Assembly: GCA_003427395.1 (NCBI GenBank)
Contig: BFEA01000011.1
Span: 1,342,202 to 1,406,201 of the forward strand
From: Chara braunii
Lineage: Eukaryota; Plantae; Charophyceae
DNA: 64,000 bases
Reading direction: 5' to 3'
The notes below the pieces were generated by a model. It saw nothing but the letters and a program-made list of their open reading frames with translations. It was not told where the DNA came from and made no database searches. Positions 51,906 through 64,000 of this stretch are shown one piece after another (position 1 is the first letter of the stretch; each line of letters begins with the position of its first letter). The position numbers and the translations under genes were made by a program.

Positions 51906-54900
51906 AGTTGTGTTGGCATGGATTGTTGGAGGCCTCGAACCTGAGTTTGATGGCTAATCGGATTGACTCCTTTCTCATCAGCATTGGAGGTTGTAATTGA
52001 ATCCGATAGCTTTTGATTCCTTGAGCGACAGGGACGTCGCTTGATATGGTCCGGTAAGTTGTCGGCGCGGATACGCGAATACCCTGACAAGGGTATCCGC
52101 CCTGTTTTTTGCAAGTAACAGAAAGTTTGATTAATAATTAGGAAATTTGAGAGTATCGGCGCTGAATGCGGTGGTCGTCCGTACGCAGACTAAGGATTGT
52201 TCGAATAAAAAGAGTGAATGGGCGCATAGTTTTAAGGCGCGTGTGTGATTCCTTCCTTTGTATTTAATTGTGAAGCCGACATAGCCGACCGACCGGATTT
52301 TTATTACCAATTACACGGGGGATTAAAAGGTTTGGGCTTTGTTCGGCATGCTTGACCGGCGGTAGGTTTGGCGTGCAGGAAGGCGCGCGTGACCGCCACG
52401 ACGCAGTTGGAGTAAGCCGGCGAGGGTGTTTAGCGGTCGCCCGCTTGGTTGTGGGCGGAGATGAGGCCCGGGCCGCTTTCTCGGCCCCGAGTGCTGTGCT
52501 GCACCGCTTTATATAGGAGTCTGTGCATGCTAATCTCAGGCTTGGGCTTAGCCCCATAGGTTACAGCACTGAACTTGCGAAGTGGAGGTGCGAGGATCAA
52601 GGCTAGCGAGCGACTGCGCGGGAGTAATGGAGTGTTGGAGAAGCTAAGGGGTTGAGGGTCCCGCTGGACCATCCCTTTTAGTTTTTGCTAGGGAATCCGA
52701 TTGCGGGCCCAACTGGCAGGGTCAAGGGAGTGTCGGCGGATCCCTCCTTTCCGTTAGCATCAGTCTCCCCTCCTAAGTTTAAATTTTCTCTATTTTTATT
52801 ATTATTATTTTTCTGTTTCTTTTAGATTGCCTAGTACCACATGGTTCGGGCCCAGTATCGGTCCCGAGACCGGCTTTAAAATCAAGAGCCTAGCTCAGTA
52901 GGCCCACCCACGAACTGTTGAAAAACGGGCCGAGGAGTTCAACGTGCGGGCTGATCATGGGTGATCTGACCTACGACGCAAGGTAAAACCTCGGCGGCGC
53001 GGCCCTCGGTAGGTGAGCCGTTCGTCAACTTTGGATTAACCGCAAAGAGGCAGGAGGGGATATGCCTTCGCGACCCCAAAAGAGTAGGCCACAAGTGTAG
53101 CAGGCACGCAACTACAGTCCGTGTGTGGGTAGTTGTTAGAGGCCCAAGGGGGTGGTGGGCTCAGCCGGATCACAGCAGGGCAAGGTGGGACTGTAGTGGG
53201 CTGGCAACGAGACCAGCGGGCCATACTGGTTGGTGAACGGGGTGTTGCCGGCGAAAGAGTAATCGGACCGGGCCATTGGTAGTTGTATTTTGCGGCCCTT
53301 CCCTATTGGGCGGTGGATAGCCGATCGGCCCACTGCGAAACCTTCCACTGCTGAGAGCTGACGGAAGACGGCGCTAATACAGAGCGGGGAAAAATGAAGC
53401 ACCAGAGAGTGCAAAGGGAGATAGGCAGCGGGGGAGACTGACAACATCGACAGGGGAGAATACACGAGCGGTAAAGGGAGGATGTGTCAAGGCACAGGCA
53501 GGAAGCGACGGGCTGCAAGGGAGAGCAGGCTGGATGAACCTGGACGGGGGGACCGCGCCGGATGCATGGAAAACAAAGTCCAAGATGGCGGAACGAAAGG
53601 CCTGGGCGAGGAAGATCGTGTGATACCTCACGGATTGAGGTGGGTAGAGGATCGACTTGGGGTTTTGAGGGTAGGTGAGTCCGAGTCTGCAGTCGGAATA
53701 GAGTGAAAGTTAGTGGAGTTAGAGCTAGTAGGAAGGAGTATGTGGTGATGCTATGGAGATGGATATGGCGGGAATAGAGAATCGAGATACCACTCGATTC
53801 TTGATGAAATCGAGCGAAGTAGGAGGTTAGACTGGGGTTTTGAGACGCTGCGGATTGAATGATGCGGTTAGATTTTTTATTCGAGCAACGGTTTTAGCGG
53901 TACGAGATGCAAGGGCTGCGGGGAGGAGAATACGTTGGTTGGTGAGCCTGTCATCTTGGCGATCGAGGCGACAAGGGGGCCAACCGCCAGTGTGCGGACT
54001 TGGCTATTGGCCAGCACACCATTCATCTCATCGTCTGAGGGCCTTGCTGGACCGCCTAGTAACCAAGTCAATGTGACCACGAGACGTGAGGCAGAGGTTG
54101 GAGGCAAGTCCGCTGGTTGACTCACTGTGCACTAATCGTACGAAAGAGCGACGAGCCACTTATTTTGGCCAGTATGCGGTTCAGCCTGCTGAGCTAAGTA
54201 GCTAGAGTAAAGCCCGCCACGAGGTTATAGACTTACCTGTTGGATGGTGATCAGCTCACACTGATTGGGCGCAGTGGCTGAAGGCAAGCAGCGGTGCTTG
54301 GGAGCCCGCTTGCTGACGGTTACGCTGCCATCCTATTGTCCAAAGTGGTGTGAATCCAGCTATGAGGTTATTTGGTGACCAATGAGTCGCCCAGTCCCTC
54401 GAGCAGAGTGGCTATGTCTTTTGGAAGGGGGTAATAGGGTTGTATAAGGAGGTTGTTGCCGCAGCTTGGAGGAGTGATCATGAAGGGGGTTATCACAACG
54501 ATTTGGGAGTTCGTCAGGAGGGTCTGTTTCAGCAGTTTGACTCCGGGATGACCAAGCTGCTACGTTTTGGCCGCCATTGCGGGGCCCTCAGGTAACTGAA
54601 GATTGGAAGGCCCTCTCCCACGAGTCTGAGCGTAACCCCCTTGGATCTGAGAGACTTAATGAATCTATTTCTGCCCTTCTTACTCTAAGTCTGATCTATT
54701 GGTTCTGAGAGGAAGGCGGCAGGCGGGATTGCAACCCGTAATCCGTGCCAAGGCCTCTGTGGGAGGTTCACCCCACCGATTGCGGGGTTCTCAGGAGGAG
54801 TTCTCGAGGCAGGGAACCGAGTGGTAATTTTCTGATTCCCTCTACAAACCCAGTTATAACCCCTATCTGTACTTCTCTCTATGCGTTGACTGAGTATGTT

Positions 54901-55090
54901 GCATGCCCCCTATATCTGAGATTGGGTTTGACTTCAGGACATAACCCAGACTAAGTAAAGGAATGAGTGCACAACCTCAAGTTTCAGTTTTATTGGTTGT
55001 CTGAAAGCATATCGTAAAAAGGGGTTGCATCAGGGGAAAGGTTGGGAGGAAGGCAGTTTTGCTTGTGCTTGAACGGGTCTTAAAATGTTA

Positions 55091-55850
55091 GGCATTGTTT
55101 CTAAGACGAATGGCCTGACTGCTGTGTTTATTCTGTTTTTTTAAGGGTCAAGCATTGTTTCTAAGACGAATGGCTTTGTTGCTATGTTTATTTAATTTAA
55201 CCAGGCATTGTTTCTAAGATGAATGACCTGGTTGTTGTTTTTATGGGGTATTGACTGTGCAAACTTTGAGGACCCAACATTGTTTCTAAGATAAATGGTT
55301 TGGTTGCTATTTATTTTTTTGTGGTTTCTGAACAGTCTCTGGGTCTTGACTCAGGGTACTCTGTATTTTTTAGTGATGAGAAAAGAGGGTTGAGCATTGT
55401 TTCTAAGACGAATGGTTCAACTATTTTGGTTGTTTTATTCTGAGGGAGGTTCATGCCAAAGACTAGACATTGAATGGTCTAAGTCTGAGGTCACAGGATT
55501 ATAATGTGAACAAAAGAATAATATTTTTTATAATTCTATATATATGATTGTGAGAACAGGGCTAGCCAGACATTGTTTCTAAGACAAATGGTCTGACTAT
55601 AGCCTTATCACAAATTAAGAGAGTATAACTAAAAGCTATAATTGAAAAGGTAACTTGGGCCGGCTGAGCATTGTTTCTAAGACGAATGGCTTAGTCAACA
55701 GCCATTTCGTCAAAACGGACATATTATATTTTTTGAACGAAATCAAAACTGACTTTTTTTGCCAAAATCCGGTCGGAATTTTTTGCTCCTGGGGGTCCAG
55801 CGTTCCCAAAACGCCGGACCCCCCTGGTCTATGGTTGAGACCAGATACTT

Positions 55851-55882
<32 letters not shown>

Positions 55883-56230
55883 TGTATCTGGTCTCAACCA
55901 TAGACCAGGGGGGTCCGGCGTTTTGGGAACGCCGGACCCCCATGAGCAAAAAATTCCGACCGGATTTTGGCAAAAAAAGTCAGTTTTGATTTCGTTCAAA
56001 AAATATAATATGTCCGTTTTGACGAAATGGCTGTTAGTCCAACGCTCATTTTTGAAGAATAAACTCAGAAACATATATACAACTTGGATATTAAATAGAT
56101 CAGGGCGACTAAGCATTGTTTTTAAGACAAATGGCTTAGCCACATGCCCAATGAAGAGAGAAATAGTTATGCAGTTTGTTCGTGTATAAGTAAGGCAGAG
56201 AGTTCACATTGTTTCTAAGACGAATGTCAT
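55091..56230 (+). repeat. Dispersed array of 9 CATTGTTTCTAAGACRAATG hairpins with variable spacers
   Basis: Copies at ~55093, 55153, 55205, 55278, 55395, 55571, 55669, 56114 and 56207. Confidence 0.85.
55699..56033. mobile_element. Fold-back MITE (335 bp)
   Basis: Near-perfect ~150-bp inverted arms starting CAGCCATTTCG, with 8-bp TSD TTAGTCAA/TTAGTCCA. Confidence 0.9.
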
Positions 56231-56519
56231 AACTCAGTGCCCTATGTAAGCTGGGTATAAAGGGATAAATTATTGAAATACCATGAACTATTGTTTCCCA
56301 AGATTGACCTTGGGGCTGGTGAGAGTACTTACCTTGGTGGTCTGACCTGCATGTGGCTGAGTGAAATTACTACTTAGTTTGAGTTTCAGTTTGATAGGCA
56401 GTTACTTTAGTTGTTCGCCACGTGCTAAAACGATAGGAGTTAGTTCAATTTCTACATTTTTTTAGCTAACTTTATTATACTCATGTCAATTATCACATTT
56501 TCTTGGATTTTGTCATACT

Positions 56520-57095
56520 TGGCTTTGTATAAGTTTTGGTAAGTTACTTTCTCAACGGGAAGAGCGGCCGAAATTTCTGCAAATCCAAGGAGTTAGTCAA
56601 ATTTTGATTTTTCAAAGTTCAACTTGTCGAAGTTTTGTACATAACTGAGTAAAATTCTGGAGAGTTTCCCTTTCTAAAGGGAATGCTGCCCAAATTTTTA
56701 CTAATTAAGAGAGTTAAACAAAATCTGGACTTAGAAGAATCAAAGTTATTTTCAAGTTTTGAACTTAGCTTTGTATAAATTTTAGAATAGCGTTTTTCTA
56801 AAGAGAGTGCTGCCGAAATTTATGCAAAACTAAGGAGTTGGTTGAATTTTGTCTTAGTTGAATTCAAGTTTTTCTTTTGAGTTCGAATCTGACTTAGTAT
56901 AAATCTGGGAAGTCTCCCTTTCTAAAGGGAGTGCTGCCCATTTTTTTGCTAATTTAGGGAGTTAGACAAAATTTGACCTTCTTAAGTTAGATATTATTTT
57001 GGCTTTCATATTTGAGTTTATATAAATTATGAAAAGGTATTTTTCCTACGGGAAGTGCTGCCGAAATTTTCTTCGTTTAAGAGGAGTTAGATTAT
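56520..57095 (+). repeat. ~122-bp diverged tandem repeat (5 units) in the E3 LTR
   Basis: Recurring TTCTAAAGGGARTGCTGCCGAAATTT...GGAGTTAG core. Confidence 0.75.
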
Positions 57096-59274
57096 ATTTT
57101 GACAGGTGGCGACTCTAGCAATCCATCCTAAATACGGGAGATCCTGTCAGGAGTTAGATTATATTTTGACAGGTGCCGACTCTGGCAATCCACCCTTAAT
57201 AGGGGAGATCCTGTCAAAGGTCTACCCTTTCTTTAGGCGCTTGCTCAGAGGTAGGTTCAAGTTTAGATAGTTAGAACGATTTTTGAGTACGAGCGTGACA
57301 TGGAGATTGTTGTCCATAAGCTTATAGATCTTGCTTGGGGGATTGGTCTATCTGTATTTCAGGTCCTCTTGATTGTTTGATTCAAGATCAGGACTAGACT
57401 CAGCTTGATCCTACAAAGGATCATCTTCTGTTATCACTGATAACAGGTTGGTTGCCGACTCGTCGGTTTACAACTCGACTCCAATTCATCCTCAATAACT
57501 CAACCTAAAAGACTTTAGCCCTGGTGATTTTTGTTGTTTTATTAAGGTTTTCACCCATACTTTTTATTGAATGGTCATTTAACAAAGGTACTGAGTATTT
57601 AATTATGGTTGGTTGGACAAGAGTTGGGTCTTGCATGGCTCAAGCGAGGTGTATGAGTATAGAGGTTGTCTAAAGTTGATACCATGTAGTGCGTGGACAT
57701 TTGGTTGACTCTTTGATGTGATTGTAGGTATGTTTTGTGGTTCAGATCTTGGATTTGAATGTCTGCGATCACACACACATATATGGTTGTGAGAAGTCTC
57801 ACTGTGATTGTGAGAAGTGATCGTCACATACATATCCCCCCTTAAATATATATGCGTATGTACCTATGTTAGGTGTTCGCGTGGCATGGGAGGGCTCATG
57901 CTTAAGGGTTACATAGGGGTTGAGATTGGGAAAAGAAAGAAAACCCCGCTTTATTACTGAATGTTTCTTAAAGATTTTTTAGTCGGACGTTGGTCATGGG
58001 CCTGGATTCAAGGTCCTTGTCCAGGACATCCCAGGTCTTAGACTCTGCATGGAAGGGATCTTCCCCCTCGCAGAGCTTATTTGCCCTGCCTATCGAGACA
58101 CTCAGCCTAAGAATCGGAGGTGCCCCGGAAGCCGCACGACTATTCCTTCAGTCGTGCAATATCGTGAGGAAGTAGACCCTTACGATACTTCGAGAGTGAC
58201 GCTTGAGTGTCATAAGCGGTACTCGGATCCACTAGGAACCGCTTGATTATAGGCATTACATAGTACGCCATCATTGCGATCGCTTGCGTATGCTTGCATT
58301 GCGAGTCAATATGAGTTCGCCCTAGGTCCGCGTGGTTTTTATACTAAGTCTCGCGCGCGACGCCTGTCCGATTTCCGCATCGGAGAGTTATGGGACGGCT
58401 ACTAAGGGACTAGGAGTGTCGTCACATTGTTTATCCGCTATTGTTTTGTATAGGTATGTGTATGTTTGTGTGTTTTTAACTTTTTATGTTCTTTAAAGTG
58501 GTGTGCGCGTGGTGTGTGGGATGCGTCCTAGTCGACCGGTGACGAGCCGCACTTGGGACCTCAGCCCCCCAAGATGTCAGTTCGCGTACTGGTTCGATAG
58601 AGGCGTACTACTGCGCGTACCCCCTATGCTACAACGAACGAGAAACGCCCTCGGTTGGTCCACCTCTGCGATTGCAACTGATCAACTTTCGTACTGTGGA
58701 CTGGTAGTTCGGCGGGGATACGCCCACAGAAGGGAGGTGACAGCTCCCGTAAGGTAGAGGTAAGTCGTGCCTCGCGTAGGCCCTATCCTGTCGTAGGGGC
58801 TCGCGAGAGGTATGGTTGGCGCACTCGGCCGGAGCGGCTTGCGGAAGCTTCATGTATATTTGCGACGAGGATTTAGACAAACTCCTGCGTGACGCGGTCG
58901 GGAGGGTCCCGCACTGCCTTGTGTGGTGCCGGACCGATGCGCTCGACAGCGGGGTTCAAAGCTTGTAGTCCCAAGAAAAAAGGGGACAAATACCATAAAT
59001 TATTGTGCTCTTGTACGATTGTTTTTTTTCCCTACAGAAAATACAACACCAATTTTTTAAACCTTCTTTTTTTCATTTCTTGTGTACATTAATTACACAA
59101 AAAGGTGCCACACACGATTTGCATCGATGCTAGTCGGTCGAGGCCCCAGGGATGGTGTCAGTGGTTTGTTTAAAATAGAGGTTAAAGCGGGTAAGCTTAG
59201 AGAACAAAAGAAAAAACAAAACATATGCAACATGATAATAAATAAAACAAACAAAAGAAGACGTCATATGCGCA

Positions 59275-59324
<50 letters not shown>

Positions 59325-60499
59325 CTCAGTGACATGCACGCTGGGCTCCGCGCATGTCGCTGACTCTCTCTCTCTTTTTTTTTTTTTTTTTTGCTACGTG
59401 TCCATACCTCGATTTTCTCAACTCCAAGCATTTGGATTAACGAGTCGAAATAAACGAGTGCAAGCAAGCGGGAGCCGACACAGGCGAACCTCGGTGCCTA
59501 GGCACCGAGTCCAAGTACAAATCTTCATTGTGGCCTATGGGCATGAAGGAAGCAACATAGACTAGCGAATGTGCCTTATCCACGACATGCTTATATAGCC
59601 ATAATTTGTGCAAGGACAAAGCTCGTAAGGCTATGTCGGAAGTCGTGATCCTATCTACGAGAAACTGATAAAGCATGTCCATATTGTCATGCCATGCATT
59701 TGTAACAGTAACGACTTTCGGGAAAGCCAGCTTTGGTGTGAAGTAATGTAGCAGCAACACTCAGAGTTGGTCTTCAAACGTGTGGCTATGAAATCTAAGT
59801 TATAATTGTCATCGGGGCAAGTTCAGATGGAAGAAGCACAATGTTTTGATATCCGGGGTATGAATTAATCCTTGTCCTGGGGCTTACGTTATTATTCAAG
59901 AGGAAAACGTCCAATTACATTCGCGGGCAGTTATGGCATAATACTACACTTTTTGTCTCTTGTTTGCTAGAGGACTGGTTTCGGCTATAACCTAGGGTCG
60001 AGCCAAATGAGTGTAATAAGATGTAATCACTGGAATAGAACCGTGAGCAGTAGGATCGGAATTCCGACTTACCCACCAATTCTCTTCTAAAAATCTACTT
60101 CGCAAATCCTCATTCTCTATAATCGAGTCGATGCTGGCTAGTGAAGGACACGTGTAGCAGGAATATACAACTATTATTTCGTCATTTCCAGAAGGCGTCC
60201 TGGTGTGGACTCAACTCGGTTGTGATCCAATTTCTTGGTTTCATCGATAGCAATGAAATAATTGCTCGCCCTTTTCAGGTAATCTCTCGCCCCATTCACA
60301 CATCCCATGCGGTTGGTTCCCTACTCATTTCGTATTAAGTAAGTCGGGGATTACCCTTTCACATTATCTCACGTGTGTTTCGGTTGGATTTGAGAACGCA
60401 GCTTTGTGCCATGAAGTGCAATCAACGTGCGGGAAAGACAGGCGAACGTTTTCAAAGAACTCTCGGAGTCCGAATGATCCAGACTATGTAAATTATTTG

Positions 60500-63400
60500 A
60501 TGATTGCTATAGACAATAAATTTCCCCATGTGGTCTCTGCACGACTCAATTCGCTAGAGTCATCAAAGAGCCAAATTGTGTGATAATTAAGGTAGACCTG
60601 AGAGTATACGATGTCCAGACCCAATGGCTAAGGGAGCATGTAGTAATGGTTTCCTTTGGGCAAGCATCTGTCTCTCTTCCAGTCGATGTCAAACGCAGGG
60701 TCATAAGACTCTACGAGAATGGGTGGATCGACATGCCTATGCTGGGGGAAGAGTCGAAACAGGTTTTTTCATGAACGAAGGTAGAACCTTGCTTTCGTAT
60801 GTGGCGTGTAACAGGGAAGTTACTCAATGGATGCTCAGCATGGGGAATGATGGGATTGAAGAAGATGGGAAATGATACGACTTGCACTTCAAGCCATGGA
60901 TGTCCGAAAAAAAAACTTCAGGATTGGCGGAAAAAAATTAGAATCGACCTATTTTTTGTCAGATGCCTCCCCATTCCAATGGCAGCTCTGGCAATTTTGA
61001 AAGATGCGGTTGAACTGACATTTGGAAAAGTGGTCAAGGAGAATGCAGTGCCCAAAAAAACATAAGCACCTCAACTTGCTAGTGTCAGGTTCGATCTGGA
61101 ATCAGGGGCCAAAGACCATTACACCAGGTGTTTAACAATCGACCTCCTGAACAATAGAGGCACGGCCAAGATTGAGGTGGAAGCTCTTGATACTCCATGG
61201 TGTCCCGTATGTAAAGGGTTTTTCCACAATGAGTTTGACGATGATTGTCCAACACTTAACTGGCGGAGAAATCGTCAGAACAGAGCATCTCAGATATGGA
61301 CAACACAGACCCCCCCTGCCACCCCTTCCTCCTTGCCTCCCCCTCCTCCCCCCCCCCTCTCCCCCCTCCTATGATCATCTGGGCAGATCTCATCACCAAA
61401 ATAGGAGACAGGGAACAAGGGGGCCGAGGGGTTTGAGAAAACCAAAGGGGTAGGGAAGAGGAAGAAGGAAGGGAGGGAGATCCTTGCTATTCCGATTTAA
61501 GTTCCTCCCTCCAGAGCCGCAGGCGCGATACAGATGGGGGAAGTGGGGGCACCCCCACCCCATCAGCAGCGTCTGGCTAGATTCAACTGAGAGAGGTAGC
61601 TACCTCTCGCTGGTGGCACAGTCAGCAGGGGAAGACAAGTGGCGCCTCATAGTTAGGGTCTGAACCCTCTGAATGGCCCCGACTGAGGAACTCGGTGGAA
61701 GGGAGCCCTCATAAGCACATTAACGTCACATTTACCCACTATAACGTCATGTTCTCAGGAGAATATCGCCCAGTGGTTTCATTCAAAGAAGGGAAAATTA
61801 GGGAAACTTTAAAACCACAGTCGTCACACAACAACAGGGTGACAATAGGTTAGGAGATCTTAGCTTATACGAGAACCGTTTCCAACCCCTACGAATTACG
61901 GCATGTTCAGACACCGAGCTAGACTCCCCAAGACTTTCTCAAACGGACCCAAATGATGCCTCTGCTCTCACCCCTAACGACACCCTGGAGCACTTGCCTA
62001 CTGCGCAAAAAAAAGGAAAGGAATCCTCTTCACAAAAAAAGGCCAAAATCATTTGGGTTAGTAACGGTAAGGAATTCAACAAGCTCACAAGCCGACCATT
62101 GTTTACCACAAGCACAATTGAGCCCAGGGGCACAACAGGTGCTTCCTCATTCGGCCCTACAACCAACTCCAACATAACCTGAGAGGGGGAGAGAAAAGGC
62201 AAAGACTCAAAAATCCTCGCGCTCTCGAGTGCCCATTCGATGAAAAGTTTAACGAGAAAGGATAAGGGTAAGGTGAAGGAGATTTTGGTTCCCATCATCT
62301 GTGTTTCTTCCGACAATGGTTCAATGGTGTTCGCCTTCACTCAACCCTAGGGGTCTCTGAGCTTACCTGTAACGAAGATAGAGGACCAACCTATTGGACT
62401 TTCCATTTTGGGCAGTGTAAGAAAAATCACCATTTTGGGCAGTGTAAGAAAAATCATTAATGTAAGTGGCCAAGTTCGGATCCTCCCTGAGCCCAAGATG
62501 GGCAGACATGTAGTGGACTCAATCCTTAGTAAAAAGATAAGTATGTACCCAGTTTTCTTGCACATCCACATTCTAGATGAGTTAAGAAAAAGTTTCCAGA
62601 CAAAATATCCATACAGGGTAGCTATTTCGGAATTCACCGATCTTAACAGTAAGACCTTGAGATTGATTCAGTTGATGGAAGACCTCACTGCTGGGAAATT
62701 GCTGACTCGATCAGCCAAACTGCTCTGACAGACTTTGTCCTCTCTGAGCGAGTTCAAAGCTCAGTTGAAGAGCCCCTGGACTCTCACTTAGCTCCCCACC
62801 CCAGTAGAAGAGGAAGACAAGAGAAGAAAACTATCTATAGAGCAGTCTCGCCAGATCCAGCTACGAGGCATGCAGGAAAACCTCCAAATGGTTTTGCCAA
62901 ACCGTATTAGCATCTCTTCCTGGAATCTATGTGGTTTGGGTGATACTACGAACAAGCACCACAATAGCAGAATTGCCACACGGTGCCGGTCCCAAAAAGT
63001 ACACATCCTGTGCATTAAGGAGTTGAAGTTGGACCATAACAAAATCTATATTTCACTACGCTGGAGGAGTGACCCTCAGTTCCCGGTCCCAGCTAGTGGG
63101 ACCAAGGGAGGTTGCGGGATACTTTTTTCAAAAAGACCTTCAAGTTGACATAATCGACAAATTGGCAGATCCACAGGGTCGTTTTGTATGGGTAAAATTT
63201 GTTATGGGGCAAGAAGATTGGGCCATCATGTCCATATACTCTCACATGACTTATAAAGAAATAACTTTTTTTTTTTTTTTAATAGCCAAGTTATATACCA
63301 GACACAAAGAATCTGTTGATAGCAGCAGATTGGAATATCGTCCTTCTACCGGGACTAGACTCTCGTGAAATCATACCTACCAGGCGTGGCACCAACCTGT

Positions 63401-63540
63401 TAGTGGAATTCACAGCGTCTCGTGGCTTTTCATTTATTTTTCAGGAAATGAATCCAGACACCCCAGGTTATACCTGGTTTGGTTCCCAGGTGTCCAGTTC
63501 GTGGACAGACCCCAGAAGAAGTTTACACTTCTTCCTGGAT
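60500..63540 (+). mobile_element. Decayed L1/Tx1-like LINE (ORF1 remnants and APE endonuclease), truncated before RT
   Basis: APE motifs SWNLCGL, ILCIKELKL, GGCGILF, DPQGRF, ADWN and YTWF (62870-63540). An upstream CPVCKGFFH...C knuckle lies at ~61200. Confidence 0.78.
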
Positions 63541-64000
63541 CAACCAAACTGCTCTGACGGACTTTGTTCTCTCTGAGCAGGTTCAAAGCTCGACAGAAGA
63601 GCCCATAGACTTTCATTGAGCTCCCCACCCAAGTAGAAGAGGAAGACACATGTTGATTGATGCCTCAGATAAAAGACAGTAATTTCCTATAACTTTGTGG
63701 ATTTTATCTTGGGATTCCTTAGTGTTAGAGCTAGCCATTGTGAGGTCATCCGCTATGGCACTATATTTTCAGTGTAGTGAAGGAGAAACCTTATGACGGA
63801 TGTTGTCTAGAAAGACTTCCAACTGCACCACAAAAAGTAAAGGAGCAAGATGACATCCTTATCTCAAAGACCTAGTGAGTGAAAAAATTGGTAAAATCTT
63901 CTCATTTACTTTTACCACTGCTGTATAATTAGAATATATTATCTTGACCCATGTGCAAAGGAGATCCCAAAGTTCATGCGTTTTAAAGTGGTGCCACAGA

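Larger units (their letters stand above)
49850..58948 (+). mobile_element. 3' part of LTR element E3 (ORF tail, 3' UTR and 3' LTR)
   Basis: Shares 3' UTR structures, pre-LTR motif, LTR-start hairpin and U5 domain with E1/E2. The left boundary is approximate. Confidence 0.75.
52060..58948 (+). repeat. 3' LTR of E3 (~6.9 kb)
   Basis: TGTCGGCG...GCTCGACA termini, U5 domain at 58630-58912, no PBS after. Confidence 0.8.

Noticed and set aside
58630-58912. Group II intron, RNase P or SRP identity for the U5 domain
   Set aside because: I could not find domain V, RNase P conserved regions or SRP motifs by eye. Left unassigned pending an Rfam search.

Overview
Repeat-dense eukaryotic DNA from a draft short-read assembly (N gaps, long microsatellites, one embedded Nextera adapter). 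It is probably a streptophyte or plant genome. The style resembles Chara, but that is inference only. No intact host gene was found. The window is a nest of related giant-LTR Ty3/Gypsy retrotransposons. E1 has its 5' LTR end at 438, a tRNA-Asp PBS, decayed gag-PR-RT-RH-IN, an extra Gag-like ORF and a ~7 kb 3' LTR (9496-16466). E1 sits in a minus-strand LTR (E0, start 16860), which sits in the ~9 kb 5' LTR of E2. E2 has its PBS at 26169, an apparently non-coding interior, and a 3' LTR from 30878 truncated at ~49497. E3 follows as a 3' tail plus a 3' LTR (52060-58948). Also present are one decayed autonomous hAT transposon, five non-autonomous hAT/MITE-type insertions and a decayed L1/Tx1-like LINE. 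The most notable observation is that these otherwise unalignable LTR families share a set of covarying RNA structures. These are a ~280-nt structured domain with a kissing loop just before the PBS, tRNA-Asp-derived cloverleaf mimics in the 3' UTR (one a domain-swapped double tRNA), family-specific tandem hairpin arrays, a non-purine plus-strand primer site, and a conserved LTR-start hairpin.
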